From: Candidatus Hermodarchaeota archaeon
Lineage (GTDB): Archaea; Asgardarchaeota; Lokiarchaeia; Sigyniarchaeales; SOKP01
DNA: 62,869 bases
Assembly: GCA_048885525.1 (NCBI GenBank)
Contig: JBHLLP010000018.1
Location: forward strand, 1-62,869
Direction: 5' to 3'
How positions within the stretch are numbered: position 1 is the first letter of the stretch; every line of letters begins with the position of its first letter. This document shows positions 20,571 through 29,106 of this stretch, piece by piece. The notes below the pieces were generated by a model. It was not told the DNA's origin and searched no databases. It was given only the letters and a program-made list of their open reading frames with translations. The translations under genes were made by a program, and so were the position numbers.

Positions 20571-21587
20571 ATGATTATAATTATGGTTTTTCATATTGAA
20601 ACAAGAAAGGTCCAACAAACAGGTGGGTCATCTTTCATAATTAGTTTACCAAAAGAATGGATAGAAAAACACAATATTGAACCAAAAGATACATTAGGTA
20701 TCTTAAGTCAACCAGATGGAAACTTACTTATTACACCAAAAATTAATTCTGAAGAATACATAAAGAGTAAAATTTTTGATGTTGATGGTATAGTAGATTC
20801 TAATTATTTATTTCGTCTCCTCATAGGGATGTATATTATGGGATATTCCACTATTATAATTAAATCCAGTAAAAAATTTGAACCGTCAATAAGGGATACT
20901 ATAACTAATTTTACTCAAATCGCAATAGGTCCTGAAATCGTAGAGGAATCTAATAATATTATAAAAATAAAGGATTTACTTAATCCTAAAGAAATGCCAT
21001 TTGAAAAAACAATAAGAAGAATGTATATTTTAGCTCAAGATATGCACGAAAATGCTATGAAATCTTTAAATTCCAGTGATAAAACTTTAGCTGAGGAGGT
21101 CATTAAGAGAGACGATGAAGTTGATCGATTACACTGGTTAATTGGAAGACAATCTCAGATAGTGCTAAGAGATATTATACTTTGCCAGAAAATGGGTATA
21201 ACACTCGAAGATATAATTCATTTTCAATCTATGAGCAGGTTCTTGGAGCGAATTGCAGACCATTCAGTCAAAATTGCAAAAAACGTATTATTAATTGATT
21301 TCCAAAAAATTGATAAAAAGATTTTTAGTGGGCTTTCAAAAGCAAGTAAATTTGCACTAAAAATGCTTGAAATTAGTTTAGATGCATGGCTTAATAAGAA
21401 TCTTAATTTAGCAAATGAAAATATTAATTCAGTTAAAGAATTAATAATTGTTTGCGAAAACATATATTCCAAATTAAATAATGTTGCAGAATTCTCAGTT
21501 CCTATAGGCTATATAATTGAGAGTATAAGAAGGACTGGAGAATATTCGGTTGATATATCTGAAGTAATAATTAATATGCTAATTTGA
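20571..21587 (+). CDS. phoU: Phosphate uptake regulator PhoU with AbrB/SpoVT N-terminal DNA-binding domain
   Basis: ETRKVQQTGGSSFIISLPKEW; DDEVDRL; LERIADH. Confidence 0.92.
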   Translation: MIIIMVFHIETRKVQQTGGSSFIISLPKEWIEKHNIEPKDTLGILSQPDGNLLITPKINSEEYIKSKIFDVDGIVDSNYLFRLLIGMYIMGYSTIIIKSSKKFEPSIRDTITNFTQIAIGPEIVEESNNIIKIKDLLNPKEMPFEKTIRRMYILAQDMHENAMKSLNSSDKTLAEEVIKRDDEVDRLHWLIGRQSQIVLRDIILCQKMGITLEDIIHFQSMSRFLERIADHSVKIAKNVLLIDFQKIDKKIFSGLSKASKFALKMLEISLDAWLNKNLNLANENINSVKELIIVCENIYSKLNNVAEFSVPIGYIIESIRRTGEYSVDISEVIINMLI

Positions 21588-21648
21588 GATTAATATCAAT
21601 CATAAGTCTAAAAAAATTATAATCTAAAAAGATGTAATTAATAATTAA

Positions 21649-22530
21649 CTACTTTTTTTCCCATTTGAGTAAGGAGATAATAAGATTTTCACGTGAAAGA
21701 TCACCTTGAGTTAATTGCCCTATAACACTTTCTCGCCCAAATAGCTTTCTAACTATTTTTTTTATTAATTTTTTTCCAGAAAGCCCCTCGCTCTGAAGCC
21801 GTTTATAAATTTCATGAACTTTCGTATGTAACTTTTCAATCTCTTCCATTTTTTTAATTAAAATTTCTCTCCCTTGTAGTACTCCATTCCCCGCAGAAAA
21901 AATTACTAAATTATTCATGCCCTCAGTAAAATCATATAGCTTTAATAGAGATTGATATATTAATGATATATCCTCTTGAATGTCACTATTTTTTCCAAAT
22001 ATCATTTTGTATTTTGGTTGCACGGCATCAGCTACAAAAGCCCATTGCTGATTCTTTTCAATTAATGCAACTAATTCAGGAGCATGTCCCGTCATAGGAA
22101 ATAATTCAAATTTATATTTCTTTGATTTAGTTATTATTGTTTGGTTAATAATCTCTGCATTTACAGGCATTAATTCTATCCCCCATGCAGCTTGACGATA
22201 TTCTGGGTATTTTTTACCTTTTTTTAAAAAATTTATAGCTTTTTCACTTGTAAATATCGGTATTCCAAATTCTGTATTTAACATGTGGGATCCTCCCGCA
22301 TGATCTTCATGTGTATGAGTAATAAAACATTTTTCAATCATTTGATCATGACTGAGAGATTTAACAAATTCTCGAAGATCTTTTTCTCCACCAGGAGCTC
22401 CAGAATCAATAAGGAGTCCATCTACGAAATAACAAGATGTGAAATAGGGATAAGGCATTAACTCATTATCAGATGCCCACTCCCATTCTAAAATTTGATT
22501 ATTACAATGATAAGTTATGCGAACAACCAT
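21649..22530 (-). CDS. MBL-fold metallo-hydrolase
   Basis: THTHEDHAGG, GH and AD metal ligands. Confidence 0.88.
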   Translation of the reverse strand: MVVRITYHCNNQILEWEWASDNELMPYPYFTSCYFVDGLLIDSGAPGGEKDLREFVKSLSHDQMIEKCFITHTHEDHAGGSHMLNTEFGIPIFTSEKAINFLKKGKKYPEYRQAAWGIELMPVNAEIINQTIITKSKKYKFELFPMTGHAPELVALIEKNQQWAFVADAVQPKYKMIFGKNSDIQEDISLIYQSLLKLYDFTEGMNNLVIFSAGNGVLQGREILIKKMEEIEKLHTKVHEIYKRLQSEGLSGKKLIKKIVRKLFGRESVIGQLTQGDLSRENLIISLLKWEKK

Positions 22531-22571
22531 AAATCAAATCTCCAATTATAAAAGTGAAATTTAAAAAAAAT

Positions 22572-23669
22572 TTATTCTATTTCTATTCTTTTAGGTGGGA
22601 TAAAAACATGTCTAGGACCAATCCTTTCAAGATGATTAGCTTCTTCTGGACAATGATGAGCGCATACTCCACATCCAATACATTTATCTTCATTTACAAT
22701 GGCAATGCTATTATCTAAATCAATTGTTTCCATAGGACATTTTTCAACACAAGTTCCACAACCTATGCAGGAATCCTCATCGATATGTGCTAAATAAGAT
22801 GACATAGTATGTATTGGTGCTGCACCACGATAATACATGTTAATCATCCCACAACAACACTTACAGCAATTACAAATAGCCTCAATTCCCCTATTTGTAT
22901 CTGAATGAACATGAAATACTTTATGGACTAGTCCCTCGTCTTCTGCTTCCATTAATATTTTGATTGCTTCTTCCTTTGAAACAGGTTTGCCAAATCCTTG
23001 TTCAATACCAAATCTAGCAGTTTTATCAAAAAGGAAACAATTATTTTTTGATGCACCTAATTTACATGAATCTCCAACCAGATCTTTAGCATGACGACAA
23101 TAACAATGAACTAATGCAATGTCATCGTATTCTTGAACATATCTTTTTATTTCCTCAAATGGTATCACAGTTTCAGTTCCAACTTCAACTTCTTTTTCAA
23201 CCGGAAGAGTTCTATCAGTTGGCGGTAAATCTCTAAACACATTTATGATACTATCATAATTCTTTTGAGTTCCTTTACTTATTTCCCTAAATAGTTTTTC
23301 AAATAATACTGCAAGGTTTTTTTCTCTTTCTGAAGTACCACCCCGTAGGAAAGTATACTCAAAAATCCCTGGATATAAACCCATTAAACGATAGACCATG
23401 ACTCCAGTAGTTCGACTTCTTGTACCGACAATGATACCATTATGCATTAAAGTATCGAGCGTTTCAAGAATCTTTTGTTCTTCCATATTGATTTTTGGCT
23501 TAATTTCATCAAGTGTCATTGAAGGCTTTTTATATATTAAAATAAATTTCGCTTGTTCTTTAGTTATTAGAGTTTGTAATAATTCTATCAATGTATCACT
23601 AATGGGTAAGGGAAATACTCCTGCTTTTATAAATGTTCTTGCCACTTTATACCAGAACTTATCTGTCAT
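22572..23669 (-). CDS. 4Fe-4S ferredoxin-domain protein with N-terminal wHTH-like region
   Basis: CYCR, GLVH, CNCCKCCC, two CxxCxxCxxxCP motifs. Confidence 0.88.
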   Translation of the reverse strand: MTDKFWYKVARTFIKAGVFPLPISDTLIELLQTLITKEQAKFILIYKKPSMTLDEIKPKINMEEQKILETLDTLMHNGIIVGTRSRTTGVMVYRLMGLYPGIFEYTFLRGGTSEREKNLAVLFEKLFREISKGTQKNYDSIINVFRDLPPTDRTLPVEKEVEVGTETVIPFEEIKRYVQEYDDIALVHCYCRHAKDLVGDSCKLGASKNNCFLFDKTARFGIEQGFGKPVSKEEAIKILMEAEDEGLVHKVFHVHSDTNRGIEAICNCCKCCCGMINMYYRGAAPIHTMSSYLAHIDEDSCIGCGTCVEKCPMETIDLDNSIAIVNEDKCIGCGVCAHHCPEEANHLERIGPRHVFIPPKRIEIE

Positions 23670-24258
23670 CTTTCTTATAACCTAATTTAAAGAATACTTT
23701 AAAAATTATCTAATTGAAAAAAAAATACATCATTTAATTATCTTTTGAGTATAATTAACTAAGAGAGTTTGATCGAATAAAAAGCAGTTAGTAGCAAGAA
23801 TCCATAAATTTCTGAGACTCTTATAATTTTTAAAATAATATTTCTTAAATCGATAATAACTCAAAAAAATATGATTTGAGTGAAAATTTTATTATGAGTG
23901 ATGTCCAAAAAAGAATGAATAGATTGGAGCTCTCCATTAATCTTTTGGAAGATCATTTTATGTAAATACGGCCACCTCATACCACCAAGACCTCTTAGGT
24001 TTATAAAAAACCAAATTAATCATTATAAACGAGAACTCTAGATTAGGAAAGATTTTCCCCTATAAAAGATTAAAAGTTCCTCTTTTTCTTCTTATCATTC
24101 AAGTTAAAGATAGATATCTTTCAAGTTGGTTTAACCAAGTTATCGTTTGTTGAATGTAACATTTCTAATTTGAACTTTTAATTTTATTAAATATAAAAAC
24201 AATAGTACCTTTTAAGATTCAAATTAAAAATATTATTAATTACACTCTTTTTTATATC

Positions 24259-25572
24259 ATGGGGGATAATAAAGTTCAGTTTAAAAATAGTTATATAGGA
24301 ATATTTTCACTAAACTATTTTATTCAAGGAATTAATCAAAGTATGTTTGCTGTCATCATTCCCATTTATTTAATTTTCGAGTTGGGAACCTTAGGAGGAG
24401 AAAATATCGCTTTTTTAACCTCTATTGTTTTGTTTCCTTTTGCTCTTAAGTTCATTTACGGAATGCTGAGTGATAAAATTGCTTTAAAAAACTTAGGGAG
24501 ACGGAAACCTTGGATTATTGGATCAATGATGGCTTCTGGTTCGATTTGGATATTTATACCTTTTATTATTAAAGCTGAAACAGCATTTATTATATTTACA
24601 TTGGGTGGTATTCTTATCGTTCTTGGAGTAGCTATAGCTGATACTAGTATCGATGGTTTAATTCTTGATATTTGCCCAAAAGAGAAACTTGGAAGGGTAC
24701 AAGGAATTTGTTGGGGAATTAGATCATTAGGAATAATTGTAGGAGGACCTTTAATTGTGGTTTTATATCTCCTCATAGGAGGGAGTATTGATTTAATTTT
24801 TATAGTATTAGGAATATTGATGACAGTATCAACATTAACGATTCTTTTAGTAAAAGAAATCATTATAACTAAAGATATAAAAATTATCCCAAGTTTAAAA
24901 TTGATTTTTGGAAAAGCTAGTAATTGGAAAGTTTATTTATATTCATTATTCAATTCTTTTGTTGATGGAGTAATTTTTGTTTTTTTATCTCTTTATATTA
25001 TTATACAAACTCCATTACTCGAGGCTGAGGGTGCAACAATAGAAATCCTAGAAACTAATGTTGATTTGTATGGACCTAATGCATTTATTTCATTCATAAT
25101 CGGTTTAGGAGTAATTACGGGATCATTAATAGGAGGTCATATTGCTGATTTAATATCTCGAAAAATTAGTGTCTATTCATCACTTTTAATAACAATCATA
25201 TTTTTACTTTTATTCTTAATTCCTGTTTCTGTTCCAATTATGATAATTTTTGCTTTCTTTATTGGATCATCAGCTGGATGGAGACAAGCTGGTTTTTCTG
25301 CGGTCATTGGTCAAATATCAACTAAATATCCTGAAGTCGATAGTACATATTTTGCAACATGTAATTCTTTTACCAATTTAGGGGCAGTGTTAGGATTGCA
25401 AATAACAGGATTGTTATTTAGTGGCTTAACAGGATTAAGTACATATGCGATATATGCATCTATCTTTGTTTTCATGGTTTTGATGTCAAATCTAGGACTT
25501 ATACCTTTTTTGACAATAAATTCTAATGAATATGAAATAACTTCAAAAAGGAAAGAAACTATAAAGACATAA
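24259..25572 (+). CDS. MFS transporter (AmpG/acetyl-CoA transporter-like)
   Basis: PFALKFIYGMLSD, GRRKPW, ADTSIDG. Confidence 0.88.
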   Translation: MGDNKVQFKNSYIGIFSLNYFIQGINQSMFAVIIPIYLIFELGTLGGENIAFLTSIVLFPFALKFIYGMLSDKIALKNLGRRKPWIIGSMMASGSIWIFIPFIIKAETAFIIFTLGGILIVLGVAIADTSIDGLILDICPKEKLGRVQGICWGIRSLGIIVGGPLIVVLYLLIGGSIDLIFIVLGILMTVSTLTILLVKEIIITKDIKIIPSLKLIFGKASNWKVYLYSLFNSFVDGVIFVFLSLYIIIQTPLLEAEGATIEILETNVDLYGPNAFISFIIGLGVITGSLIGGHIADLISRKISVYSSLLITIIFLLLFLIPVSVPIMIIFAFFIGSSAGWRQAGFSAVIGQISTKYPEVDSTYFATCNSFTNLGAVLGLQITGLLFSGLTGLSTYAIYASIFVFMVLMSNLGLIPFLTINSNEYEITSKRKETIKT

Positions 25573-25660
25573 GATTTATTGTTTCTAAAAATTTATTTCA
25601 TTTTATTAATACTAAATTTCATATATTTATAAACCCAAATTTTAAGATATGGTGTTTTAA

Positions 25661-26842
25661 ATTAAAATAGAATATTCTGAGAGGATAAAAAGACTTCCAA
25701 CATATATTTTTCTAGAAATAGAGCAATTATTAGAGGAAAAGAGGAAGAAAGGTGTTGATCTAATACCATTAGGAATTGGAGATCCTGACTTAAAAACACC
25801 CGAATTGATCGTTAATGAATTGATTAAACAGGTAAAGAACCCAAGTAATCATAACTATCCTTCAAGTATGGGAGAAGAGGATTTCAGAGAAGCGGTTGCT
25901 CGATGGTATACAGTGAGATTTAATTTAGATTTAAATCCTAAAGATGAAATTTCAAATGTAATAGGAGGTAAAGAGGGGGTGGCAAATATTACTCGAGCAT
26001 TTATTAATCCAGGGGATGTTGTACTTTGTCCTAATCCAGGATATCCGGTTTATGAGAATGGAGCAACAAAATTGTGCGATGCGGAACCATACGTAATGCC
26101 TTTATTGAGAGAGAATCAATTTTTACCTGATTTAGATAATATTGATAAAAACATTCTTAGAGAAGCGAAATTAATGTATTTGAATTATCCAAATAACCCT
26201 ACTGGTGCAATTACACCAATAGAATTCCTAAAAAAAGCAGTTGATTATGCTGAAGATTATAATTTTTTTATAGTCCATGATAATCCTTATTCAGAGTTTA
26301 CTTTTGGTGACTATGTTGCACCATCGATATTACAGATAGATCAAAACCATGTTGAGATTAATAGTGCTTCTAAAATGTTCAATATGACTGGATTTAGATG
26401 TGGATGGGTTGCAGGTGATAAAGATATTATTAAAGGATTAAGAAAGATTAAGTCTCAAATTGATTCTGGTTGCCCAATGTTTATACAAAGAGCCGTAATT
26501 AAAGGATTGAATGAATATAACTCAACTAAAAAGCCAAATATCGTCCAAAAGACAGTTGAGATATATCAAAAACGAAGAGATATTCTAATTAAAGGATTGA
26601 ATGATATAGGGTGGAAAACAGACACCCCTCAAGCAACCTTTTATGTATGGACCCATGTTCCCGATAAATATGTGTCTATTGGATGTATGGAGTTTGTGAA
26701 GAAATTAATAGACGTAGGAGTAATTGTCACTCCTGGTATAGGTTTTGGTCAATATGGAGAAGGATTTGTAAGATTTGCTTTAACTCAACCAGAAGAAAGA
26801 ATTCTAGAAGCATTAAATAGAATTGAAACTATTCTAAATTAA
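25661..26842 (+). CDS. PLP-dependent class I/II aminotransferase, LL-diaminopimelate aminotransferase-like
   Basis: LGIGDPD in the extended N-terminus, NYPNNPTG, DNPY, SASKMFNMTGFRCG; start extended from 25805 to ATT 25661. Confidence 0.88.
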   Translation: MKIEYSERIKRLPTYIFLEIEQLLEEKRKKGVDLIPLGIGDPDLKTPELIVNELIKQVKNPSNHNYPSSMGEEDFREAVARWYTVRFNLDLNPKDEISNVIGGKEGVANITRAFINPGDVVLCPNPGYPVYENGATKLCDAEPYVMPLLRENQFLPDLDNIDKNILREAKLMYLNYPNNPTGAITPIEFLKKAVDYAEDYNFFIVHDNPYSEFTFGDYVAPSILQIDQNHVEINSASKMFNMTGFRCGWVAGDKDIIKGLRKIKSQIDSGCPMFIQRAVIKGLNEYNSTKKPNIVQKTVEIYQKRRDILIKGLNDIGWKTDTPQATFYVWTHVPDKYVSIGCMEFVKKLIDVGVIVTPGIGFGQYGEGFVRFALTQPEERILEALNRIETILN

Positions 26843-26888
26843 AAAATTTAAAAAAAAAATTATTTTTATCGAAAGACTGATGATATTT

Positions 26889-27068
26889 TTACCTCATTTT
26901 TTTTCTCATTTTCATTCTTAATGCCTCCATTTTTTTCTCATCTTGAGCCTCAAGACTTTCCGAGAACTCATTTGGGACATCTAAAAACATCATAACGGGA
27001 GCATTATAAGAATCCCAATCTTTATAATAATCTAATATCAGATCATTTTTATCTGATTCTTCTTCCAG
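26889..27068 (-). CDS. Small hypothetical protein (about 59 aa)
   Basis: Strong GGAGGTGA RBS (27074-27081) positioned 5 nt before an in-frame CTG. Confidence 0.55.
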   Translation of the reverse strand: MEEESDKNDLILDYYKDWDSYNAPVMMFLDVPNEFSESLEAQDEKKMEALRMKMRKKMR

Positions 27069-27212
27069 TATTTTCACCTCCAATTTTTATTGAATCCTTC
27101 ACTGGGAGAATTAAATCTAATATTGGCCTATTTCAAATAAAATCTAATGAATTATAGTATAAAAGAGAATAAATCAATAAAGATTATAAGAAAGAGGTCA
27201 AATATTTTTGAT

Positions 27213-27299
27213 TTATTCTCTCTTAATACTACGGATTAAAGGGAATACTGTAATATGTGCCTTACACCAATAATCCATAGTATATTGTGAAAAACTCAT
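27213..27299 (-). CDS. Candidate leaderless 28-aa micropeptide MSFSQYTMDYWCKAHITVFPLIRSIKRE
   Basis: BRE/TATA-like GAAGATTTATAA ends 24 nt upstream of the ATG. Confidence 0.3.
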   Translation of the reverse strand: MSFSQYTMDYWCKAHITVFPLIRSIKRE

Positions 27300-27489
27300 T
27301 ATTTAAATTAAGTTAGGATCACCTTATAAATCTTCCCATTCCATTCCCATTTGTCAGCTTATTATGTTATGTAAATTGACAAGTAAGTATAATGGATAAT
27401 TTAATGAAACCTATTAAAAACCTATTAAATTGATTATATGTTTAAATAAGATAGCACAGCAATTTATAAAGATGTAGTTTTTAAGAGAG

Positions 27490-28812
27490 ATGAATAAAAA
27501 GATTGTATTAATTGGAGCCGGTTCGACTTCATTTGGTCCACCTATATTTAATGACGCTTATTTAAGTGAAGTTTTGGAGGGATCTACAATTGTTCTTCAT
27601 GACATTAATAAAAAGAAGTTAGAAATGATTTATGACCTATTACTAGTTGAAAACGACGCAAGAAATAAGAAATTCAACCTTGAGCGAACATGTAATAGGA
27701 CTAAAGCACTTAATGGGGCTGATTTTATAATTAATTCAATAGAAGTTGGAGATCGAATGGAATTATGGAGCCAAGATTATGAAATACCAAGGAAGTATGG
27801 TTCAACACAAATTTTAGGAGAGTGTGGTGGACCAGGAGGTACATTTCATGCATGGAGAATAATTCCTCCAATTATTGAGATTATAAATGATGTTGAGAAA
27901 ATTTGTCCTAATGCCTTTTTTATTAATTTTTCAAATCCCATGTCCCGTGTGTGTTTAGCAATTAAAAGAAGCGTAAAAAAAATTAAATTTATTGGCTTAT
28001 GTCATCAAATTGGGTTTATGATAAAGCATCTACCTAAGTTGTTTAATAAACCAATTAGTGAGTTAAAGATGAAAGTTGCAGGGCTCAATCATTTTGCATT
28101 TCTCTTAGGATTAGAGGAATTATCTACAAAAAAAAATTTAATGCCTTTTTTCAATGAAAAAGCCTTGAAGTATTTCATAGAAAATGAAGATAGATTCGAG
28201 TTCTCAACCCTTACATTTGAAGTTTTTAGGAGATTTGGATATTTTCCTTATGTAGGGGACAATCACTTGGGAGAATACCTTCAATTTGGTGAAGAATTCA
28301 CAGAAACTCAGGATATGGTTGATTGGATAAAAAGAATAGATAAAGAAGGTGAATTTTGGTATGAGAGATATCTGCATTATCATAAGAGAGTTAAAAGAAA
28401 TAAATATCCGAGAAAAGGAATTTTATCTACAAAACCTTCGGGAGAACGAGCCATTCCAATAATTGAAGCAATAATTAACAATAAGAATTCATATGAAACT
28501 GCAGTGAATATTCCTAACGACAATATAGTAGATAATTTACCAAAAGATTTAATCTTAGAATGTTCAGCTAAAGTAGATAAGAACGGTGTTCATGGAGAGA
28601 AGATAGGGACTTTACCTAAGAATATTGCGGCATTGCTTCGTATTGAGGCTTCAATACAAGACTTATGTGTTGAAGCTGTTCTAAAAAGATCTAGGGATAT
28701 TGCAATCGCATGTTTAGCCGTCGATCCGAATGTTGGAAGTTTCGAAATGGCAGAGAACATTTTTAATGATATGATTGAAATACAGAAAGGCTTTTTACCG
28801 AACTTTAAATAA
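27490..28812 (+). CDS. Glycoside hydrolase family 4 (NAD+-dependent, alpha-galactosidase-like)
   Basis: IGAGSTSF, GECGGPGG, NFSNPM, GLCH, AGLNHF. Confidence 0.92.
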   Translation: MNKKIVLIGAGSTSFGPPIFNDAYLSEVLEGSTIVLHDINKKKLEMIYDLLLVENDARNKKFNLERTCNRTKALNGADFIINSIEVGDRMELWSQDYEIPRKYGSTQILGECGGPGGTFHAWRIIPPIIEIINDVEKICPNAFFINFSNPMSRVCLAIKRSVKKIKFIGLCHQIGFMIKHLPKLFNKPISELKMKVAGLNHFAFLLGLEELSTKKNLMPFFNEKALKYFIENEDRFEFSTLTFEVFRRFGYFPYVGDNHLGEYLQFGEEFTETQDMVDWIKRIDKEGEFWYERYLHYHKRVKRNKYPRKGILSTKPSGERAIPIIEAIINNKNSYETAVNIPNDNIVDNLPKDLILECSAKVDKNGVHGEKIGTLPKNIAALLRIEASIQDLCVEAVLKRSRDIAIACLAVDPNVGSFEMAENIFNDMIEIQKGFLPNFK

Positions 28813-29106
28813 TCAATGAGTATTTACTAATTAAACCAAATTAAAGTTTTTTAATAAATTCTCTAAACCATTAGAATTTTTTTAAATTTTTATTATTCCA
28901 ATTACTTTTCGATAGTAAAGTTTTATACCGGTAATTTTTAGATTTCTACCCCTAAAATCTATGTTGTACTACTATTTTTTACGATTTACGAGTGAGTAAA
29001 ATAAAATCTTTTAAGTATACCTAATACTCTAGTAAATATACCCTAATATATTTATAAATGAATATTTACATAATTCTCACGATACAAATAACCATTATTT
29101 TGGGCA

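Noticed and set aside
15942-21587. Possible integrated element at tRNA-Thr
   Set aside because: No integrase, no duplicated tRNA 3' end seen, and the neighbouring genes are housekeeping.
23901-24041. Short frame MSKKE-TGA-IDWSSPLIFWKIILCKYGHLIPPRP... as a possible selenoprotein
   Set aside because: No resemblance to known selenoprotein families, no convincing SECIS element, no clear RBS; more likely chance or a gene remnant.
26497-26604. Repeated AATTAAAGGATTGAATGA inside the aminotransferase gene
   Set aside because: Explained by similar peptides (IKGLNE/IKGLND); only two copies and not an array.
27376-27393. TTGACA and TATAAT bacterial promoter hexamers
   Set aside because: Only 6 nt apart rather than about 17, and the host is archaeal.
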